This document shows, in pieces, positions 1-11,300 of a stretch of 64,000 nucleotides of DNA. Under the pieces are notes generated by a model. It did no database searches, was not told where the DNA came from, and saw nothing but the letters and a program-made list of their open reading frames with translations. The position numbers and the translations under genes were made by a program. Origin of the DNA: Octopus sinensis (taxonomy: Eukaryota); assembly GCF_006345805.1 (NCBI RefSeq), contig NC_043005.1:75082001-75146000 (forward strand). Direction: 5' to 3'. Each line of letters begins with the position of its first letter. Position 1 is the first letter of the stretch.

Positions 1-217
1 CTTTCAGAATAAGCTCTAGGCATTAGAAATTGATTTTATCTTTTGTGATGATTATAATTAATAGTAACAGCTATTGATTAATAATTCAAAATGGAAACTT
101 TTGAAAGCAGAGAATTTATAATATAAAAGTAGCTAATATATCTTGTGTGTACGTATAGATATATCATCAAGTAAATGTAAGTGTAAGCAAGTTGGGCAGG
201 TCAAAATACAAAATATA

Positions 218-423
218 TTCTTTTCTACTCTAGGTACAAGGCCTAAAATTTTGGGGGAGGGGGCTAGTCGATTTGATCGACCCCAGTATGCAACTGGTAC
301 TTAATTTATCGACAGATGAAAGGCAAAATCGACCTCAGCAGAATCTGAATTCAGAATGTAGACTGACAAAATACCACTAAGCATTTCACCTGGCGTGCTA
401 CCGTTTCTGCCAGCATGCCACCT
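218..423 (-). mobile_element. tRNA-derived SINE, family 2
   Basis: Reverse complement matches the + copy at 9689 (ggcggcaagctggcagaaacgttagc..gttctgagttcaaat); boundaries approximate. Confidence 0.7.
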
Positions 424-559
424 TAAAAAAATACAAAGTATATTAGATAAATAGAATACAAAAAATGTTCACCGAATAGAAATGATATCAAAAATTAAAG
501 GGTTTGAAGAAAAGTATTACAAATCCAACAGCTGTTTCTGTGGGGGCTTGATGGTCCAA

Positions 560-1112
560 TATAATGTTTGTAGAGTGATTCCATCATTGGATGGTGTTGA
601 CATTTGAGGTGTTGACAAGATGAAGTTCAAAGATTCCAAAACTTGGATCATAGAAAATGATTCCCCATTCAAATAGTCAGTAGCTCCAAATATTGTTAAT
701 CTTCTTGATCTCAGATATTCTTCATTCTGGACATCTAGAATATTATTAATATCAAATCTTTCAATGCTAAAAGGCAAAAGTAAACATAAAAAGATTACAA
801 CTTTGTTACCGTTTCTTTGAATCAAATGTCACTTTTGGAAACATTTTTTCATGATCAGAATTGCTGAAGCATGGAATAAATTACCTGCATCAGTTGTTTA
901 CTGTCAGGACACTACGACATCATTAAAAGCTTCCATGCTTCCCAAAATTCACCAGCAGTACATCTAATGCCCCACTTCCATCTTTTTTTTAAAACAACTA
1001 ATTCACTGTTAATTCCCTGTGAATTATTTTATATACTGTTCACGCACTTTGCACTACTTTATTTAGTGAGCTGTAATGTACCTGAGCACTGTATACAATA
1101 AATTTATTATTA
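560..1112 (+). mobile_element. Degenerate 3' end of a CR1/L2-like LINE
   Basis: HFFMIRIAEAWNKLPASVV-like coding remnant and a cacctgagcactgtatacaataa tail; related copies near 13670-13900 and 30125-30690. Confidence 0.55.
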
Positions 1113-1152
1113 TATTATGTATAATATATATAATATATTATATATAATAATA

Positions 1153-1557
1153 GGTGCAGGAGTGGCCATGTGGTAAGTAGCTTGCTTACCAAGCACATGG
1201 TTCCAGGTTCAGTCCCAGTGCGTGGCACCTTGGTCAAGTGTCTTCTACTATAGCCTCGGGCTGACCAAAGCCTTGTGAGTGGATTTGGTAGACAGAAACT
1301 GAAAGAAGCCCGTCGTATATATGTAATTATATATGTGTGTGTGTATGTTTGTGTGTCTGTGTTTGTCCCCCCAACATCACTTGACAACTGATGGTGGTGT
1401 GTTTACATCCCCATAACTTAGCAGTTCTGCAAAAGAGACCGATAGAATAAGTACTAGGCTTGCAAAGAATAAGTCCTGGGATTAATTTGCTCGACTAAAG
1501 GCAGTGCTCCAGCATGGCCACAGTCAAATGACTGAAACAAGTAAAAGAGTAAAAGAA
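1153..1557 (+). mobile_element. tRNA-derived SINE, family 1, with internal (TA)/(TG) microsatellite and (agtaaaag)n tail
   Basis: A/B-box-like head (gtggccatgtggtaag..ggttcagtccc); near-identical copies at 33440, 45018 and 63330, and on the - strand at 9370, 15990 and 41170. Confidence 0.8.
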
Positions 1558-1723
1558 TATATAACTCTAGTGTGACTTTTTAACTTGTTCGCTTGTATTT
1601 TGCATAAACAACAATGATATTGAATTAAACTCTCAATAAAAGAACCCCCCAAAATCGCTTGTAACTATATTGAATCCAGTATATTTTGAATGCCATTTCC
1701 TCTATATATTACATATATTTCAG

Positions 1724-1887
1724 TACTTGTTATGGAGGAATCTTGGAATGTAGAAATAATACCTGCACTTGCCCTGAAGGACAGTTCCATTGCAGAAATA
1801 ATGAATGTATTGACTCTAAAAAGATGTGTGATAAACATAAAGACTGTAAAGATGGATCGGATGAGTCATTGGATATCTGCAATGAAG
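1724..1887 (+). CDS. Exon: end of a Cys-rich (VWC/TILa-like) module plus LDL-receptor class A domain
   Basis: tttcag|TACT...GAAG|gttagt; phase 2 to 1; TCYGGILECRNNTC-TCPEGQFHCRNNECIDSKKMCDKHKDCKDGSDESLDIC with the six-Cys LDLa spacing and DCxDGSDE motif. Confidence 0.93.
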
Positions 1888-4800
1888 GTTAGTCATCAGT
1901 TTGGATTTGAGAGTGAAAGCATCTTATTGTTCTTAGATATTTGGGTGCAGGCATGGTTGTGTGGTTAAGAGACCTGCTTCCCAACCAAGGAACATTGGGT
2001 TCAGTCTCACTACCTGGCACTTTGGGCAAGTATTTTCTTCAATAACCCCAAGATGACCAAAGCCTTGTAAATGGATTTGGTAAATGGAAGCTGAAAGAAA
2101 CTTGTCATGTGCATATTCATACATACATAACACACACACACACACACACACACATGCGCACACACACACACACACATATGTGTGTGTGTTTGTATGTACC
2201 CTTGTCTGGATATCATTTGATACTTGTAAATGAACATCATCAGACAAGTGAAGTCATTCATTTCCAACATTCTACGAAAAACATGTTTGGCCAAAGGGAG
2301 ATATTACCTTGCTTGGAAGCAAGTGAAGGTTGGCAACAGGAAAGGTATCCTGTAGTAGAAAATTTACTTCAACAAATTCCCTCTGACTCATGTAAGCATG
2401 GAAAAGTTGCTGACCAGCAGTTTTGAGGGAAGGGAGGCAATATGATGACATCAATCCCAGAACTTGACTGGTACTTTATTTTATTGACCCTGAAAAAATG
2501 AAAAGCTAAGGTGACCATGGCAAGATTTGAACTCAGAATGTAGAGATCTAGAAGAAATGTCATTTAAGCCTTTTGTCTAATGTGCTAATTCTTTTGTTAG
2601 CATGCTGCCTTATAATAATAATTAGATTGCTTTAAAATATCAGTGTGTACAAAAGTGCCTTGATATTGATTTCAGAATATTCATTGCTTGTTTGAAGTTT
2701 AAGAGGAGATTTTAAGTAATAAAACCTGAAATTTGAAAGAGGAAAACAAATGAAAGTTATGATGCTCATATATTTCCTGAACACAGTAACAATGCAAAGA
2801 AAACTAGTTACATTAAATTGCAGTTGGTTTTATTTGATATAAACTATAATTCATTCTTTTGTTCATGGTGCTATCTTCTGTCTCTGTGACTCTATAAAAG
2901 AAATTAGTAATAATAACCCATCAAGTGCAACAGATGTAGGATCAGATTAAAATAACTATCTGTATGTCATCCTCAATGCAAATACAAAAAAAAAAATTAA
3001 CTATAGTATTCATCCAGAGACACTATCTCTTATGGATGTGTGCCTTTTCATTTTGTGTTTGCATCAAGTATGATACTCAGATGACTATTTTAATCTAATA
3101 CTGCTTCTGTTGCATTAAAACAGATTTTTATTCAGCCAGCCAGCCACTTGCAACATCAGTGATTTTTCAATCACTGTTTTTCTATATTAGTGACAACAGA
3201 TTTTATCTTAGCAAGTGGTTGCCTGTGAGTGCATACTACAGAAAAAGCCCAGTAGATAGCATTTTAACTCTCGCTGCTGGACAATCTTCCTTTACTACTG
3301 ATATATTTGCGTTATTTAGTTCAGTATGTCCATCAGAGATGTTATTGCTGGATGAATACCACAAATCATTTAGCATTACACCATGTTTGCTACTCATGTG
3401 GCTATTAATGATAAATTATCAACTCAGTAAAAGAAATTGATTGTAATAATTTTGTGATAGAAAGTTGTGTCTTCAGTAAATTTCCATTCAGTTCTTTTCA
3501 GCTTGCTTATTCTTTTTTTCCTTTTGTTTTTTAGAATCCATTTCAGCAAAAGCACCGAACTATCAGAGGCCTAAAGGTTTGTTTAAAATATCTGTGTTAG
3601 CTCTGAAAAATGAAAGCTGTAAAATAATGCTTAAAAGCTATTTTATTAAATTTTGTTCCCTTCTAAATCATTTCGATAGCAACTATTTTAATCATTAAAA
3701 TTTTATTCAGTTTATTACAAGCATCATTCAAATTAGTTTTCCTTTCATTCAATAAACTTAATTTCAGTTTTCAAAATATTTCTAAATGAAAAAATATTTT
3801 AAACAATTGGAAGTATTTTGTTTGGCAATGAACTTCACAGAGGCAATGACAAAAGACTGAGACCTCTGGAGATATGCTGTGACTGCGAAGACCCAACAAA
3901 TAGAGTTCATGGCTGTATCCTACACCAGCTTCACACAACCAGCCCAAGCCCTATCAAAGTACCTTGGATTGCAGGACGGCCTGCAATGCTTACCTTGGAT
4001 CATGGGGCGACCTACTGTGCTTGAGGAGACCTATTGAGTCAAGTACATCAACATCAAAATATAAATCAAATGGAATTGTAGTTGTGATACCCATGCTGGT
4101 GGCACGAAAAAAGCACCATCCGAACATGGCCAATGCCAGTGCCGCTGGACTGGCTTCCGTGCTGGTGGCATGTAGAAGGCTCCAACTGATCATGGCCATT
4201 GCCAGCCTCCTCTGGCCGCTGTGCCGGTGGCACTAAAAAGCACCCACTACACTCACGGAGTGGTTGGCATTAGGAAGGGCATCCAGCTGTAGAAACACTG
4301 CCAGATCAGACTGGAGCCTGGTGCAGCCTCCTGGCTTCCCAGACCCCAGTTGAACCATCCAATCCATACTAGCATGGAAAACAGACGTTAAACGATGATG
4401 ATGATGATTTTTGTTGTATTTCTAAAGAGCAAGAAAACAAAGTAAGAATTAGAACTTCTGAATCCTATATACTAAGCTAAAAGTCCTGTTGTCATCATTT
4501 TCCCCTTCTATACTGTTTAGGTTTAGGTATACCCATGTCAGTTGGTGACCTCTGACCCTGTATACATTTCTGTTGCATTATATAATTTTTATGAGCAACT
4601 GTACTCTATGGAACTGAATATAGTAAATATTTCCTACTGACCAGTGGTCAGATATAATGCAATGCAGAAGCTCACTGGTGGGATTTGAATTTGATCATTA
4701 ATCAATAACATTAATTACTGCTCTATGCATTAACACCTGTGCCACCTTTAAAGACATGATTATAATATCACAATAAATTGTATTAATATATTCATCATCA

Positions 4801-5295
4801 TGATAATAATGTTTTCTTCTAAAGGCACAAGGCCTGAAATTTTGGGGAGGGGCATGTCAGTTATATTAATCCCCAGTATATAACTGGTACTTATTTCATC
4901 AACTCTGAAAAGATGAAAGCTAAAGTGAACCTCAGCAGAATTTGAACTCAGACAATAGTGACGGGTGAAATACTGCTAAGCGTTTCGTCCAGTATGCTAA
5001 CAATTCTGCCAGCTTGTTGCTCAACTACTACTACTACTAGTAGTAGTAGTAGTAGTAATAATAATAATAATCTTTTCCACTATAGGCACAAGCCCGAAAT
5101 TTTTGGGGAGGGGGACCAGCCGATTAAATCGACCCCAGTACACAACAAGTACTCAATTAATCGATCCCGAAGGGATGAAAGGCAAAGTTGACCTCGGCGC
5201 AATTTGAACTCAGAATGTAATGACAGACGAAATACCGCTAAGCATTTCACCTAGCGTGCTAAGGTTTCTGCCAGCTTACTGCCTAACTACTGCTG

Positions 5296-5337
<42 letters not shown>

Positions 5338-8300
5338 ATAATAATAATAATAATAATCCTTTCTACTATAGGCACAAAGCTTGAAATTTTGGGGAAGGGG
5401 GCAGTCAATTAGATCGACCCCAGTATGCAACAAGTACTTAATTTTTTGACCTTGAAAGGATGAAAGGTAAAGTCAACCTCAGTGAAATTTGAACTTAGAA
5501 TGTAAAGACAGACAAAATACCACTAAGCATTTCGCCTTGTATGCTAATGATTCTACCTGCTCACCACCGTCATAATAATAATAATAATAATGATGATGCC
5601 CTGATGCAGTACCAGACAGTGGCTCTCATGGCTCCTGATCTTAACTGATTAGAAGTGTTATGTACATTGTTTTCTCTTGGTATAAATGATGGGCTACAGC
5701 AAATATTCTGCTCAATACCACAGATTTGCTTGTCAGTTGATTTTGAGCAGGAGTAGTCAGGGAGCATCATAGCCATGTGTTGAGAGGGATTCTTTGGGGT
5801 TTGAATAATTCACCTCTGGAACCATGGGTGTTTCGTTCAACATCCTTAAACAACCCTTATTCAGAGACCTTTTGAACAGGATGGGTTACTCGACCAGAAG
5901 AAAATTCTAACTTGGCCCCCACCTGCAAGGTCGTGTGCTGTTTATCTTGATATGAGATCACCATGTCCTGCACATATGGTTGTGATGCATGTGCCTAGGG
6001 TACCCTTATCAGACGGGTAGTCATGATGGGTATACTGGGCTTCGTATATTTTACCCCAGTTTCACTTTGATGGCATTCACTGTTCTCTTACTCAATAATA
6101 ATAATAATAATAATAATAATGATGATGATAGTTTCAAACTTTGGTTACAAATGCAATAATTTTAGGAGGTTGAAGTTATTTGCATGGTTATATGTTTTAT
6201 GATTTACATTTGCCTAATTTTGAAATGACTAAGGATTGAAGTTAAAGAAAGTTTCCTTTTATATATTTAAGAGGATTAATAAAGTTCATTGATTAGTTAA
6301 CATTAATGATCTTCATGCAACATCTTGCAAGCAGGAAATCAATTCTAACAATGGCTCCCACTGTGTAGCAAAGCAAGTGAGCGTGCTAGTTAAAGATTTT
6401 AGAAGAATTTGTAGACTTTGGACTAAAACTATTCAAAAGTTTCACGCTGACAAAAATCAAATGAAAAATAGTTCATCATCATCATCATCATCATCAACAT
6501 CAGTGTTGTCATTGCCGCTGCTGCCATCATTGTTGTCATCACTATCATTGTCATGATTTAACCCTTTTGATACCAATCCGGCTGTAACCAGCACTGGTTC
6601 TGTAGTACAGATGTCTTGTTTTATAAGTTTTGAATTAAAATCTTTCACCAAACCTTAGTTACAATAGCCTGGTTTTCTGGTTTTCTACTTCACTACACAA
6701 TCTTAAGCACTAAATTTTCAATAGATCAAAAAATAATGCATTTTTTAATTTATTGAATTTTATGCAATTTTCAAAATTTTTTCAAGACAGAGATATTTTA
6801 AAAAATCATGTGAAACATATGTAAACAGTTCTGTAGTACAAATGTCTTGTTTCATAAGTTTTGAATTAAAATCTTCTACCAAACCTTAGTCACAATTTAT
6901 GTACCTAATATTAGCTTAATGATAACTAAGTTATTTTACTAAAGTCTTTGTTATTGTAAAAATTAATTGAAAGAAACAGAGAGCATCTCAAAATAAATAC
7001 GGTAATGAAAGGGCTAAGTCCATATTCCATGCTGGCAAGGGTTAGTAGTTTCACAGGCTCAAAGACTGCATTGCATTTCAGTAACTGTTTTGGTATAGTT
7101 TCTATAGCTGGATGCCTTTCCTCATAATTTTCTGATCCCTTGTTCTAAAGGTTCTTGGAATCCATACAACTTTACAGGGTGTGCTGGCAGCTTTATTTAT
7201 GCCACCAGCACCTGTGAGATTGGTATGCAGTTTTGAAGACTACAAGCCTCAAGTCGAGAGGGGTAACTTCGTGCTAGGACAATGAGCAGAGGGAGGTAAA
7301 GTATGAGAGAAAAGGGCCAGAGCAGAGTCAGTTTCTTGCTGAAGAGGAGCCACATGTCAACTCTCAATTTAGAAGAGAGAGAGAGAGGAGGTGGAGAGCT
7401 AGAAATTAGGGATGAAGAGTCAGTGCGAATCTTCAAGGTACAAAGTACAAGGATGGGAATGAGTAGGGCAGGGGTGTCAGAAGTGGGTGGGAGCAGTTGG
7501 GGGATATCTGGTGCAGAACAGCAACATGTTTACAATGATATAGTAAGCAGGTAGGCACTTAGGGTTATGTAGTAAAGTAGAAAACTAAGTATTTCTTCCA
7601 AGGAATGGACAATGAAATATTTCTAAAACTTTCGTAATTGTGTTCTTTTTGCTGGAGGCTGCCACATAATAGCATAATGGCAGTGAGAGAGAGGGGGAGA
7701 TCATGTGTGTGTGTGTGTGTTCTTAAAATGGGAGAATTACTTCTAAGTTTCTTCTTGTTTTGTGTTGAAAATTCTTATCAAAAGTTGAGAGAGGATACAT
7801 ACATTTCACATGATTTTTGGATCTTTACCTTTTGACCTACAGATTTAAAAAATAATTTTTTGTAACTAAACACTTTCAAACTTCAGACACTGGTAGAATG
7901 TGTCATATAAAACATCTTTTACTCTTAGCATTTTTGAGGAAAACTTATATTTATGAAGTAATTTCATGTTAAAGTAGTCCTATTTCTGTAATTTCAACCA
8001 ATCAATGACGTGTATTCAGCTGAATAAAATTACTGCCGTTGTTTGTCAACGACAACTATCGGCAGTGTATTGTTCGTTTGTCACTGTTATTTATGACATC
8101 GTTCATGCATTTGTACTGGTTTTAGCTTTAAGGTTTTAGGGTTAGAGTTAGGGGTTTTGGGTTAGGATGTTAGGGTTAGGGTTTTAGGATTATAGTTGTC
8201 ATAAATAACAGTGACAAACAACAGCAGTGATTTTATTCAGCTGAATACACATCATTGATTGGTTATAATTACTGAAATACAACTACTTAAATGTGAAATA

Positions 8301-11300
8301 ACTTCATAAATATAAGTTTTTTCTTAAAAATGCTAAGAGTAAAAGGTGTTTTACATGACACATTCTACCAGTGTCTGAAGTTTGAAAGTGCTTAGTTACA
8401 AAAAATTATTTTTTAAATCTGTAGGTCAAAAGGTAAAAATCCTGATTTTTAAAACTACCTCAGTCTTGAAAAAATTTTGAAAATTGCATATAATTCAATA
8501 AATTATTTTTTAATTTATTGAAAATTTAGTGCTTAAGATTACGTAGTGAAATAGAAAACCAGTAAATTTGTTTTAAGGAAAATAGATAATGAAAGATTTC
8601 AAAGACATTCTTTATTGTATGTAATTTTTTCAAAACTTTCTTATAAATTGTTTTGTAAAATGTTGAAATTTTGTTTTAATTTCAGAAAAACCTGTATGCA
8701 AATTCACAAATATTATGAAAGATCCTGATATTCTGCCAACAAGTGCTATTAAAGCTTCAAGTTATAACATTAATAATAAAGCAGAAGATATTCGACCTGG
8801 TGAACGGTTATGGTATTCTGCAGATAAAGACAAATTTCCACACATTACCATTGACATCTCAAATATTAATTCCCCAATGGAAAAGGTTTCTTTAGTTCGC
8901 CCTCACAATATTAAATCATTTGAAGTTCTCTTAATGAATGGAAAAAAAGTACTTAAAACATACAAGGTAACTGTTTAATTATAAAATAATACAGACACAA
9001 GCACACACACACACACACACATTTTGCCTGGCATGCTAAAGTTTCTGCCAGCTCTCCACCCTATGAATTTTAGGTAATGACCAGAAGAATATGATTGCGA
9101 ATACAGAAGGCAAAAACGGGCTTCCTCTGAAGGATCACTGGATTAAACTTACTCAACAGGGTTCATAGCCCTAAGATTAGGGAGTCTCTCCAGGTTGAGC
9201 CACTACTTCTCTGCATTGAGAGATCATAGCTCTAGTACTATAGACATATGGGGAGAATGCTGCAGAAAAAGATCACAAGACCGATTCTTCAAACTGAGAC
9301 AACTCGCAGGAGACCTAGGGGTAGACTAAGATTAAGACGGTTGGATAATATCAACCCCCAGTACTTTTCTTCTGTTTTAAGCTTGGTTCTTATTCTATCA
9401 GTCTCCTTTGCTGAACAGCCAAGTTATAGGGAAGTAAGCACACCAACACCGATTCTCAAGTAGTGGTGGGGTCAAACACAGACACTAGGAAACACACACA
9501 CATATATGATGGGCTTCTTTCAGTTTTCATCTACCAAATCTACTCACAAGGCTTTGGTCAGCCTGAGGCTATTGTAGAAGACACTTCCCCAGAGTGCTAT
9601 ATAGTGGGATTGAACTTGGAAGCATATGGTTGGGAAGCAAACTTCTTACCACATAGCCATTCCTGTGCCTATACATTCTGAGTTCAAAGGCGGCAAGCTG
9701 GCAGAAACGTTAGCAAGCCAGGCGAAATGCTTAGCGGTATTTTGTCTGCCATTACGTTCTGAGTTCAAATTCCGCCGAGGTCGACTTTGCCTTTCATCCT
9801 TTTGGGGTCGATTAAATAAGTACCAGTTACGCACTGGGGTCCATATAATCGACCTAATCCATTTGTCTGTCTTTGTTTGTCCCCTCTGTGTTTAGCCCCT
9901 TGTGGGTAGTAAAGAAATAGGTATTTACGTTCTGAGTTCAAATTTCGCTAAGGTCTTCTTTGCCTTTAATCCTTTCAGAGTCGATAAATAAGTACCAGTT
10001 GTGTACTGGGATTGATCTAATCGACTGCCCCACCTCCCCAAAACTTTTCGGGCCTCATGCCTAGAGTAGAAAAGTATACATTCTGAGTTGAGGCTGGCTT
10101 CTTCTTTTACTCTTTGCCAGACAGATGAAATAAGCATTTGAGTAGATAGAAAAGCATGACTAAATGCTTAAAGGTGGCCCATTAGCATTCCTATAGGCTG
10201 ATGATTTAAAAAAATAAACCAAAAGAATACTGAAATAATGTGAATTACTTCTTAAAATAAAATCTATTTCGTTTAATTCTTATAACTTTTAGGCTAACAC
10301 AAGACAAGGAGTAAATTTATATGATAAAACAGCAACACATATGAAGCTGAATTTATTTCCGATTGATATCAAACAATGCACTGCTACAGAAGTTTCGATT
10401 TTTGCTTGCATCAGTGAAAGTCCAAGTAAGTTAATTCATTAGGTTATTGCATTAATGGCTTAATTTCTTTTATTTCTTTTAGCAAAGCAATCCGTCATTA
10501 ACATCATAAGTAAATATCATTGCCACTGCTACCACCACCAAAACCACCACCATCTTGATCGTCATCATCATCATTATCATAATTTACACTGTTACTGAAA
10601 TAAGTAGGTAAAACTTCATTGTTTTTTTCTAAGCCAATTACAAACAGTTTGTTTCATAAATAAAAGGTCTCACATTTGGGAAGATGGTTTAGTCAATTAC
10701 ATGAGCTTCAGTACTTCATTGGAACTTTTAAGTACACAGAGAAATGAAACAAGGCTGAGTATGGTAAATTTCAAACACTGAGCATGGAGGGAGACAACTA
10801 AATACTTTGTGGCATTTTTGCATAATATTCTACAAATTCTCCAAATTTATAAACTAATGTGTAATCTTCAAAGAAGAATTTATTAGTAAAATTTCACTGT
10901 ATACATGCCTTTCTTTCTCTCTCTCTCTCAATCTTTTTTGTTTGATTGTTAATAAATGAATGAATGATAAAAGAACAGAAGTTGTATAATCACCTGTAGC
11001 TTACATCTGTTTTGGCTATATAGAAACATGCACCCTGAGCTAGGTGCCAGTGGAACATTTAATAGCTTCTTCAGAGCCAGTTATATGAAGTCTTTATTGA
11101 GGAAAGCATTTGAATATATACACACATGTATGATATTATATCATTTGTTTGTATTCATGTGCGCAATTATATATTTAAATACTTCCTCAACGAACAAAGT
11201 ATAAGACTTTACACTGGCACTTCTTGCAAAAGCTGGCTATGGCTTTCTAATCTCTGTTGAAGCTGTCCATGTCACATCTTACAGCTTTTATAGTATTCAC

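Noticed and set aside
1153-1230. tRNA gene at SINE heads
   Set aside because: A/B-box-like motifs run into a 400-bp multi-copy body with a simple-repeat tail and no convincing cloverleaf, so this is a SINE.
8120-8190. True telomere or chromosome end
   Set aside because: The tract is short, degenerate and internal to a TSD-flanked foldback element in an intron.
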